A DNA stretch of 64,000 nt from Minisyncoccia bacterium. GTDB lineage: Bacteria; Patescibacteriota; Minisyncoccia; Phycocordibacterales; Phycocordibacteraceae. The translations under genes and the position numbers were made by a program. The notes below the pieces were generated by a model. It was given only the letters and a program-made list of their open reading frames with translations, searched no databases and was not told the origin of the DNA. The DNA lies in the NCBI GenBank assembly GCA_038228545.1, contig JBBRPE010000003.1:64442-128441 (forward strand), given 5' to 3'. Below are positions 56,365 through 64,000 of the stretch, in pieces. The first letter of the stretch is position 1; each line of letters starts with the position of its first letter.

Positions 56365-58155
56365 TTAGCGTTCGCTGTCTTGAACCATTTTCATAAAGAC
56401 TTCTTGCGGTATCTCCATAGATGCATGCGCACCACGACGCTTTTTTCCCTTCTTTTGCTTCTCGAGGAGCTTCATACGACGGGTAATATCACCTCCGTAG
56501 AGATAACCGGTGACGTCTTTGCGAAGTGCCGAGATGGACCGCGACGAAATAATGCGTCCGATAGCGTGTGCCTGAATCTTCACGACGAACATCTGGCGCG
56601 GAAGAATATCATGGAGTTTCTCTACCATGCGTTCCCCTTCTTCTTGTACACGACGACGGGAAACCACACGTGCAAATGCCGGAACCGCTTCCTCCGCAAC
56701 ATATATCTCCAGCTTCACGACATCAGCAACGCGTTCTTCAAGAAACTCGTACGAAAGAGAAGCATATCCGGACGAGACGTTCTTTACCTTATCGAAGAAT
56801 CCGCGCATGAGTTCACGTAACGGCATCTGTGCTGCGAGCTCGATGCGACCATCAAGATGCGTCTGTGTATCCATAACGGCGCCCTCGTGATCATGGAACA
56901 CTTGCAATAGCCCCGAAAGAGATTCCGGTGGCGTAATGAGTACGACTTTCACCCAAGGCTCTTCAATCGTTTGAATATCGCCAAACGCGGGAAACTTGGA
57001 AGCAGTATAAATAGTTTCTCGCTTCCCTTTCGTATCGGTCACGATGTACGCAATGGTAGGAATGGTGACGATGAGTGAGAGGTCAAACTCGCGTTTCAAA
57101 CGCTCGACGATAATTTCCAAGTGGAGCATGCCGAGGAAACCACAGCGGAAACCACGGCCAAGCACACCCGAAGATTCTTCCTCAAACGAGAGGGATGAGT
57201 CCGAAAGACGGAGGCGTTCGAGGGCCTGACGCAGCTCGGTGAGCGTGTCCTGATTCTCGGGGTAGACTGAGGCCCACACTACCGGACGAGGGCGCTCAAA
57301 GCCTTCCAGAGCGCCTACAGAGGCCCTATCCGAGGTAATGGTGTCTCCCACAGCGACGACGCCTGCCTCCTTAATACCGGTAACAATATAGCCGATTTCT
57401 CCCGCCTCGAGACCTTCCGTCGGGGTTTCGTCCGGCATGAATATGCCCGTCTCAAGGGCTGTGAATTTCTTGTCAGCAAAGGCAAATTTAAGGGCAGAGC
57501 CTTTCTTAACGGAGCCATCAAACACGCGGGCGTACACCGCGATACCACGATGCGTTGAGTAGGAGAAATCAAAAATGAGTGCGCGTGGTTCGGTCGAAGT
57601 ACTTGGACGTGGAGCAGGTACACGAGCAAGTATTGCCTCAAGCAAGTCTTCAACACCTTCACCCGTGCGACCGGAAACAGCGAGCACACTTTCTTCGTCT
57701 ACTCCGAGAAGCGCCGCAAGCTCCGTGGTTACTTCCTCCGGACGAGCAGCGGGTGCATCAATCTTCGAAATAACCGGAATAATGACGCAGCCCGCTTTCT
57801 TTGCCATCCCAAGTGTGGTGAGCGTCTGTGCCTGGACGCCCTGTGTAGAATCAACGAGCAGGATAACACCCTCCACTGCCGAAAGAGCACGTGAGACTTC
57901 GTACGCAAAATCGATGTGTCCCGGTGTGTCGATGAGGTTCAGTACGTAGTCGATGCCATCTTTACCTTTGTACTTCATGCGCGCTGGCTGCATCTTAATC
58001 GTGATACCGCGCTCGCGCTCAAGGTCCATTTTGTCGAGCACCTGGTCGCGCATTTTACGTGCTTCGATGGTGCCGGTACGTTCAAGAAGCCGGTCCGCGA
58101 GGGTCGACTTGCCGTGATCGATATGAGCAATGATTGAGAAGTTTCGGATATTCAT
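56365..58155 (-). CDS. lepA: Elongation factor 4
   Basis: NFSIIAHIDHGKSTLADRLL. Full-length LepA architecture including the unique C-terminal domain. Start set at MNIRNF. Confidence 0.9.
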   Translation of the reverse strand: MNIRNFSIIAHIDHGKSTLADRLLERTGTIEARKMRDQVLDKMDLERERGITIKMQPARMKYKGKDGIDYVLNLIDTPGHIDFAYEVSRALSAVEGVILLVDSTQGVQAQTLTTLGMAKKAGCVIIPVISKIDAPAARPEEVTTELAALLGVDEESVLAVSGRTGEGVEDLLEAILARVPAPRPSTSTEPRALIFDFSYSTHRGIAVYARVFDGSVKKGSALKFAFADKKFTALETGIFMPDETPTEGLEAGEIGYIVTGIKEAGVVAVGDTITSDRASVGALEGFERPRPVVWASVYPENQDTLTELRQALERLRLSDSSLSFEEESSGVLGRGFRCGFLGMLHLEIIVERLKREFDLSLIVTIPTIAYIVTDTKGKRETIYTASKFPAFGDIQTIEEPWVKVVLITPPESLSGLLQVFHDHEGAVMDTQTHLDGRIELAAQMPLRELMRGFFDKVKNVSSGYASLSYEFLEERVADVVKLEIYVAEEAVPAFARVVSRRRVQEEGERMVEKLHDILPRQMFVVKIQAHAIGRIISSRSISALRKDVTGYLYGGDITRRMKLLEKQKKGKKRRGAHASMEIPQEVFMKMVQDSER

Positions 58156-58156
58156 G

Positions 58157-59839
58157 TTACGTGTCAGAGCGATCTTCAAGAATAGCTCCATGTGGCTGAA
58201 GCGCCTTTGTGGAGGTGAGGCGCTTTAAGGAATCAATGAGTTCTTTGAATTCCTGATTCTCGAGAAGTGCAAGGACTGCGGCGGCGACGGCTAGCCCCAC
58301 CATACCAGCAACAGCACCCTCAAGGAAGACGGTCGTGAGACGAGTGAGCGGAGCAAGGGTACCCATAAATGAGAGTACGCCGTAGCTTGCTGTGCCTCCC
58401 AAAATTGCCGCTCCGAAGCCTTCAAACATAGGACGCACGAGCGAGCCCGCTACACCGGGCGCGACCGTACGTAGTGTTATAAGAGCAACCAGACCCATAA
58501 GTACCTGCCCTATCGTTGCTCCAAGTGCGATGAAAAGAATGCTGGTACCCGGTACATCTCCCACACGGAACAATGCTTCAAGGAAGTAACGAATGGCGGG
58601 ATAGTGCGAAGCCAGCGCAACAAGACCCCATGCTGACGCAACCGAAATACCACAGTCAGCAAGCTGCACCAGGAGCGGATTCCAGGATTTCTGCGCAGCA
58701 TAGAACGCTCGAGCAGCGAGAAGTATGAGCCCTTGCGCCATGAGTCCAACGACGAGGATAGCGAGTACTGCCGCAGTGAGGCGTGTGTCATTCCAATCGA
58801 ACGCGCCTGAGCCAAGAATGATACGCACAATATACGCGCGCATCACGATAGTGAGCACCGTAATGACTGCTGACCAGAAGATAATGTGACGCGCTGCCGC
58901 AGTGAGCGTTGTTTTAAACTCTCCGAATCGCTTCGCACTAATATGTTCTGCAAGCACGGGGAACGCGGCTGTGGCGTACGACGCACCAATAAGCGAGAGT
59001 GGCACTGCCTCAAGATTTCCTGCAAGCGTATATACCGAGACTCCACCGGATGAGGTGCGTGATGCAAGCGAAATCAAGAGAAGTGTAATGACAGAACTCA
59101 TACCAAGCGCCATGGAGCGCGGTACCGAGCTTTTCATCACGGACCACATTATTGCAGGCGACGGAATAACCAGTCGTGGCAAGAGCTTAGCTTGCATCAC
59201 TACCGGAATGTGAATAGCCAAGTGGAAGAACGCTCCAATCACAACACCCATGCCAATGCCAGGTAATCCGAATATCGGGTACAACACTACGGTACCGAAG
59301 ATAATGCCTACGTTGTAGAGCACTGGCGACAGGGCAAACAAAACGAATCGCCGATGTATCTGCGTCACGCTTGTGAGGATTCCCGAGAGTCCGAGGAATA
59401 TCGGCTGGATGAGAAGTAGGCGTGCGAGTAGTACGAACTCAGCGGCGTGTGCCGAATTCTTAAATGTCGGAAACAAGAGAAAGAGGAATGAAGGCGCGGC
59501 GAAGGCAAGCACCCCACAGATTATTCCTCCGCCGATAAGTAGGAACGACGCGCAGTGTGAGAGTAATTTCTTTGCGTCACCGGTGTCTGCTTTGGCAATA
59601 CGCGGAATGAGTACGTATGCCGAGACTAACGACGCGACCAACGCAAATACGACGTCCGGCACCTTGAAGGCGGCGTAGTAGAGGTCGAGTATTTCCCCTG
59701 CCCCAAACTGGTGTGCAAAGAGACGGTCGCGAAACAACGCGAGCGCTTGGGACACCAGTGTTAGGGCTGCAAGCAAGTACGCGGCCTGATGTAGGCCGCG
59801 TACCGGGGATACTAATGTCTTCAGTATCCTGCTAACCAT
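58157..59839 (-). CDS. murJ: Lipid II flippase MurJ (MviN)
   Basis: 14-TM MOP-superfamily pattern. N-terminal AFKVPDVVFALVASLVSAYVLIP. Confidence 0.8.
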   Translation of the reverse strand: MVSRILKTLVSPVRGLHQAAYLLAALTLVSQALALFRDRLFAHQFGAGEILDLYYAAFKVPDVVFALVASLVSAYVLIPRIAKADTGDAKKLLSHCASFLLIGGGIICGVLAFAAPSFLFLLFPTFKNSAHAAEFVLLARLLLIQPIFLGLSGILTSVTQIHRRFVLFALSPVLYNVGIIFGTVVLYPIFGLPGIGMGVVIGAFFHLAIHIPVVMQAKLLPRLVIPSPAIMWSVMKSSVPRSMALGMSSVITLLLISLASRTSSGGVSVYTLAGNLEAVPLSLIGASYATAAFPVLAEHISAKRFGEFKTTLTAAARHIIFWSAVITVLTIVMRAYIVRIILGSGAFDWNDTRLTAAVLAILVVGLMAQGLILLAARAFYAAQKSWNPLLVQLADCGISVASAWGLVALASHYPAIRYFLEALFRVGDVPGTSILFIALGATIGQVLMGLVALITLRTVAPGVAGSLVRPMFEGFGAAILGGTASYGVLSFMGTLAPLTRLTTVFLEGAVAGMVGLAVAAAVLALLENQEFKELIDSLKRLTSTKALQPHGAILEDRSDT

Positions 59840-59855
59840 GTGCTCAAGTGTAGCA

Positions 59856-62327
59856 CTACTTGGTCGTTGTGGTGCCAGCTGGTGCAGGCGGAGTCACTCC
59901 GGCCTGTCCGGGCTTAGCTGTTGGTTCTGCTACTGGCTGTGGAATCCCGAGTGCGCCGAGGCGAGATGGCGGGAACGGATTCTTGCCGGCCGTGAGGCTT
60001 GCGATATCCGGCGCCACTGCCTTTGCGTTATCCGGTGAGAACGCTGCGACCGTGTTGAGTTCCGTGAGGGACTTCGCAAGGTCACCCTTGATGGCGTACA
60101 TCACACCGAGGAAGAAGTGAGCGTTTGCGTACTGCGGATTCGCCTGAATTGCAGCCTGAAGTGCCTGAATGGCGCCATCAGTGTTGCCGTTAGCCGAGCG
60201 CAGGATGCCGACCTGGAAGAGCACGGTTGGGTCGGTTGGGGCGAAGTATGCCGCTGCTTCAGCTGCCTGAAGAGCTTCCTTCGCCTTGCCCTCCTGAGCC
60301 TGAAGCTGCGAGAGGAGGAAGATGGCCTGCGTGTAGTCATGCTTAAGCGTAATAGCCTTCACAAGATCTTCTTCTGCAGGAGCACCATTACCCTTCGCAA
60401 TTTCAAGTTGAGCGAGAATGAACGGAAGCGTCGGATTTGTTGGCGATAGCGTCTGGGCCTGCGTAAATGCAGCCTTCGCGTTATCGAATGCGCCCTCGAT
60501 ATTGAGAGGCACCACCGTTTCGTAAACGTTTCCGAGCATTACCCAGTTCTGGTAGTTCTTCGGCCAGAGGCGGGTTGCCGTTGTTCCAGCCTGAATACCA
60601 CCAGTAAGCGCTGCCTGGAACTGCTGCTGTGCATCTGCCGGGCTGAGTGCGGTGTTAGCCACAATCTGACGCATGCGTGCGATGCCGATAGCCGCAGCGA
60701 GCTGATACGCTCGTTCGCTTGGAGCGAAGAGAATAGAGCGGTTCACTGCAGTCGTAGCGCCGGCAAGGTCGCTCTTCGCGTAGTCAACGGTCGCCGTTGC
60801 GTAAGCAAGGTCACCGAGGTAACGCTCAACGACAACGTATGCGGCAACTACTGATGCAAGAAGCAGGAGCGTAAGGCCGAATACGATGACGAAGCCGATG
60901 CGCGGACTACGAGCGAAGATGACACCGTATTCACGACGCTCTCGGCCGTAGCGGAGAGACGATATGAATATACCGAGCATCATAAACCCGACCATCAGCA
61001 CTATCGGACCGGGCACCGTAAGAATCGAAAGTACGAATACGTACAGCGTTCCCGTAAAGGAAGCGAGCGATACGTACCGCATAAACGGATCAGACGGTGT
61101 ACGGAACAGAAGTGCACGAATACCGAAGAACCGTAACATCCCGAGGAATGCGAGCCACGCGAGCACGCCGATTACTCCGGTCGTCACGAATGACGTTGGA
61201 AGATAGCCGATGCCGGACGTGAAGTCTACATTCCAGAAGATAGTGTCGTTAAGCGAGCGGTCACGGAACTTGAGCCACTGCGTACCGAACGTTCCTGGAC
61301 CGGATCCGAAGATTGGCGAGGTTGCGTAGGTGTGGCTACCGACATCAAACGTTGACTGCCACGATGGACGGACGTCGATGACGTTCGCATTGAAGGCAGT
61401 CACAAGTGCGTTTCCAATGGTCGATCCTCCAATAAGGAAGAAGAGGGCCACGAGAAGCGTTATGAGAGGTGCGGCAAGAGCGGAAGAATCCGGCTCTGCG
61501 GTCTCCATATCGCGTTCACCTGATACGACGGACACGCCGTCGAAATCAGCGTCGTCCCCTTGAGGACGTTTCTTCATAATTGCCTCGATAAAGAGACCGA
61601 GAGCAACGAGCGCCACCATACCCCAGACAATCTGGGAGTTCACGAGTGCGAGCACGGCAAGTCCGATAGCAGCACCGACGTATATCGCTATGCGAGCACG
61701 TCCGGTGATAGTAAGGAACCTAAGCGCAAGCAACGTGAGCGTAAGTGCGAGACCAATGAGGATACCCAAATCCCCAAAGGTGCCGACCAAGTTCACGGTA
61801 GGCGTCACCAAAGATGGAGCAATCTTGCCCACGATGATGAATCCAAGCTGCGCGACAAGCACGACGCCCATAAGCACTGCACCCCACTTGAAGAACGTGC
61901 GGTAGTGCGGGCCACGACGGAATGCGAGTGCGGTAAGCGTTGCTATCGCAGCCATGAGCACCATAAATCCGAGCGTATCGGATTCAAGGTCAGTGCCGAA
62001 AAACGCCGTAACGAGATTCGTACCGGAGAAAAGTGCCGAAAGCAGGTATGCAATCGGAACTATCCACAGTGCTCCAAGAAGCGGAAGCGGCGGAACAATG
62101 ACGTTACCGCGACGCAAGCGAGCGAGGATGAAGAACACGAGAGCGACCAATCCACCGATAGCGAGGATCGAAATCTTCGTATAGATAAACGGAATCGTCT
62201 GTGACGGAATAAAGGCAATAGTGGCAAGACCGCCTGAGGCGATCAGTGCCCATATTGCTGCAGCATCGAACGAAAAACGCCGAGGGTTAGGCGTAGTCGC
62301 CGACACAGGTGTAGCTGTATCTGACAT
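59856..62327 (-). CDS. O-antigen-ligase-like polytopic membrane domain fused to C-terminal TPR repeats
   Basis: About 12 TM N-terminal half. C-terminal about 250 aa of TPR-like helical repeats (…ANAHFFLGVMYAIKGDLAKSL…). Confidence 0.55.
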   Translation of the reverse strand: MSDTATPVSATTPNPRRFSFDAAAIWALIASGGLATIAFIPSQTIPFIYTKISILAIGGLVALVFFILARLRRGNVIVPPLPLLGALWIVPIAYLLSALFSGTNLVTAFFGTDLESDTLGFMVLMAAIATLTALAFRRGPHYRTFFKWGAVLMGVVLVAQLGFIIVGKIAPSLVTPTVNLVGTFGDLGILIGLALTLTLLALRFLTITGRARIAIYVGAAIGLAVLALVNSQIVWGMVALVALGLFIEAIMKKRPQGDDADFDGVSVVSGERDMETAEPDSSALAAPLITLLVALFFLIGGSTIGNALVTAFNANVIDVRPSWQSTFDVGSHTYATSPIFGSGPGTFGTQWLKFRDRSLNDTIFWNVDFTSGIGYLPTSFVTTGVIGVLAWLAFLGMLRFFGIRALLFRTPSDPFMRYVSLASFTGTLYVFVLSILTVPGPIVLMVGFMMLGIFISSLRYGRERREYGVIFARSPRIGFVIVFGLTLLLLASVVAAYVVVERYLGDLAYATATVDYAKSDLAGATTAVNRSILFAPSERAYQLAAAIGIARMRQIVANTALSPADAQQQFQAALTGGIQAGTTATRLWPKNYQNWVMLGNVYETVVPLNIEGAFDNAKAAFTQAQTLSPTNPTLPFILAQLEIAKGNGAPAEEDLVKAITLKHDYTQAIFLLSQLQAQEGKAKEALQAAEAAAYFAPTDPTVLFQVGILRSANGNTDGAIQALQAAIQANPQYANAHFFLGVMYAIKGDLAKSLTELNTVAAFSPDNAKAVAPDIASLTAGKNPFPPSRLGALGIPQPVAEPTAKPGQAGVTPPAPAGTTTTK

Positions 62328-62431
62328 ATTTTTGTTGTTACTCCGTAATCACGGGATTAACCCAAGCACATTAATAATGCCTCTTTAGTATAGCTAGATA
62401 TGCCCTGGTCAAGGCGATAAGGTGTGGGGAT

Positions 62432-62470
62432 AGAAAAGCAAAAGCTCAAGCCGTAGGCTTGAGCTTTTGC
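62432..62470 (-). terminator. Intrinsic terminator of rnpB
   Basis: caaaagctcaagcc-tac-ggcttgagcttttg followed by cttttc on the minus strand. Confidence 0.6.
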
Positions 62471-62477
62471 ATGTTTG

Positions 62478-62812
62478 TTGGACTGGTTCGATAAGCCGAA
62501 TTCTGTCATTCCCGGAGGAACGGACGACCATTTATCTGGGCCGTATGTTGCCATACGGCTCGAGCGGCACCCCTTCCGAAGAAGGTACGGCCTTGCACCG
62601 AAGTAAGGATTTTGCCGTTTCAGCCTGAAGTCGCCCTCAGGACGCTCTACGAGAGAGCATCTACCCTTTCGGGATCGATCGTTTCTGTTCGCACCTCGCA
62701 CATTACTGTGGACGGGCGTTACCCGCTACCCTTCTGCCTGCATTGCTGCAAGCCGGAGTTCGGACTTTCCTCAGCACGCGAGCGGTGTTGCGATCGTCTG
62801 AACCAGTCCGAA
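62478..62812 (-). ncRNA. rnpB: RNase P RNA (bacterial type A, reduced)
   Basis: Minus strand carries AGGAAAGUCCGAACUCC (P4 5' strand with bulged U), GGGUAACGCC, and ACAGAAUUCGGCUUAUCG (P4 3' strand; GAA/UUC compensates the usual GGG/CCC). P1 is GGACUGGUUC/GAACCAGUCC. TGgTATAAT -10 box at 62813-62821. Confidence 0.85.
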
Positions 62813-62849
62813 ACTATTATACCACGCGAAGTGGATTTCGCCAGTTTAC

Positions 62850-63338
62850 CTACTTTGCGTAGGGAGCCGGAAGTGGAATTGTTGTGCCCACTGTCCACCC
62901 ATGGTCGTTGGCGTAGCCTGCTTGTGTCTCAACAACATAGCGGACAGGCACCGGTGGATAGAACGGATGCGGATAGGTAGAAGGGTCAACTGAGTGGTCT
63001 ATGAGAATGATAGTGCCGGTGTCCGATAGCCAGGTGATATCGAGAGGAACAAGCATGTCCTTCATCCAGAATCCGTAGCGGTCCGGTGTTTTAAAGACAA
63101 ACAACATGGCGTAGTTGTCAGGAATCATTGCTCTGTTACTTAAGCCAAGTTCTTGCTTTGCTTCTGTATCAGCTATTTCAAACTGCAGTGCCACAGCAGG
63201 AGTCCTGGCAATAGTCGCAAAAATGTCCTTTAGAGGATTTCTATAGGACATCTGAGAGCTTGCGAGCAACGCTCCGACTCCTATAACAACAAGGACTGCA
63301 AGAACACCGAACACAACGCGTGAATGTAGAAACTTCAT
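62850..63338 (-). CDS. DUF192-family protein
   Basis: N-terminal TM, then pattern …AMLFVFKTPDRYGFWMKDMLVPLDITWLSDTGTIILI… typical of DUF192/COG1430. Start at MKFLHS. Confidence 0.6.
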   Translation of the reverse strand: MKFLHSRVVFGVLAVLVVIGVGALLASSQMSYRNPLKDIFATIARTPAVALQFEIADTEAKQELGLSNRAMIPDNYAMLFVFKTPDRYGFWMKDMLVPLDITWLSDTGTIILIDHSVDPSTYPHPFYPPVPVRYVVETQAGYANDHGWTVGTTIPLPAPYAK

Positions 63339-63407
63339 ACGTATATGATAACGCACCCATGTAAGGACCAAAGTGCTTAGTATGGTACGGTACGCACATG
63401 CACTGGC

Positions 63408-64000
63408 TTGCCACCTTCTTTATAGGGCTTCTCTCGCTTATGGGTGTGGGTCATGTTTCGTTTATAGACAGCGTTGCAACCACAACGCCCGCACATCCGG
63501 TAGATACGAGCGGCGCTCCTTTGCGGATTCCAATTTTTATCTATCACACGACGAAGCCCGAAGACCCTCAGAAACCAAGTAAACCGACCGACTACGTCAC
63601 CGATCCGTCACTTCTGGACGAACAGCTCACCTACCTCGACACGCACGGGTACACTACCGTCACCATGAAGCAGGTCGCGGATATGCTCAAGCGAGGAACA
63701 ACGTCCCCGTATATAAAACCGGTGGCGCTTACGTTCGACGACGGATGGGTTACGCAATACAAGTACGCTCTACCGCTTTTAAAAAAGCACCACGTGCAGT
63801 CAACGTTTTATATCTATCCGAACCCTATCGGCAAGGACGATCGCTTCATGACCTGGGACGAGCTTAAGGAAGTACGGGACTCAGGTGCAGAAATTGCAGA
63901 CCATACGCTCACACATCCCCTTATGTCCAAGCAAACACCCGAGATGCTCCACCACGAGATGTATGACAGCAAGACCATCCTTGAAGAGAAACTTGGAGTA
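63408..64000 (+). CDS. Polysaccharide deacetylase (NodB-homology) family protein, 3'-truncated by the window end
   Basis: Signal anchor. NodB motifs LTFDDGW and HTLTHP. The ORF has no stop within the window. Confidence 0.7.

Noticed and set aside
62357-62701. 114-aa ORF on the minus strand
   Set aside because: Lies entirely within the RNase P RNA gene (conserved P4, P1 and terminator). Low-complexity translation.
1-64000. rRNA genes, CRISPR arrays, prophage structural genes
   Set aside because: Searched for by eye. No 16S/23S-like conserved stretches, no regularly spaced direct repeats, and no capsid/terminase-like ORFs were seen.

Overview
This 64 kb window looks like a compact, gene-dense bacterial chromosome segment. 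GC is about 55%. The gene content is typical of a reduced-genome, Candidate Phyla Radiation / Patescibacteria-like organism. Supporting signs are a short IF-2 (493 aa) and a short ValS (724 aa), many pilins, and TrbC/VirB2-like 'T4SS pilin' paralogs. There are also several cell-envelope genes (MurJ, O-antigen-ligase/TPR, GT4, FtsA/FtsZ, SPase I).

Housekeeping genes I recognise: pyrE-like/pyrF, peroxiredoxin, miaA, rpmG, clpB, cysteine desulfurase, infB-rbfA, alr, gyrA, rpsA, pth, lepB, rpsU, ybeY, ftsA, ftsZ, trxB, tsaC, nrnA-like, tsaD, valS, PrsW, hsp20, lepA, murJ, and RNase P RNA. There are 11 tRNA genes.

The parts that deserve a second look:
- Two paralogous secreted proteins fuse a T4SS-pilin-like (VirB2/TrbC-like) domain to a peptidoglycan hydrolase domain. 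One carries a GH23 lytic-transglycosylase-like domain, the other an M15 zinc peptidase.
- An operon of five tandem T4SS-pilin-like paralogs sits behind a solute-binding-protein gene.
- At least four non-coding repeat families show compensatory (covarying) base changes between copies. This argues for conserved RNA structure rather than chance.
- One of these families always sits in the 3' flank of a tRNA gene. Each copy ends with a duplicate of that tRNA's 3' end.
- Several tRNA genes have partial 5' or 3' fragment duplications nearby. An IS200/RAYT-like element is lodged next to tRNA-Trp.
- A roughly 1.4 kb GC-anomalous, largely non-coding island holds a near-consensus promoter driving a GC3-saturated 49-aa membrane peptide.

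I found no CRISPR array and no rRNA genes.
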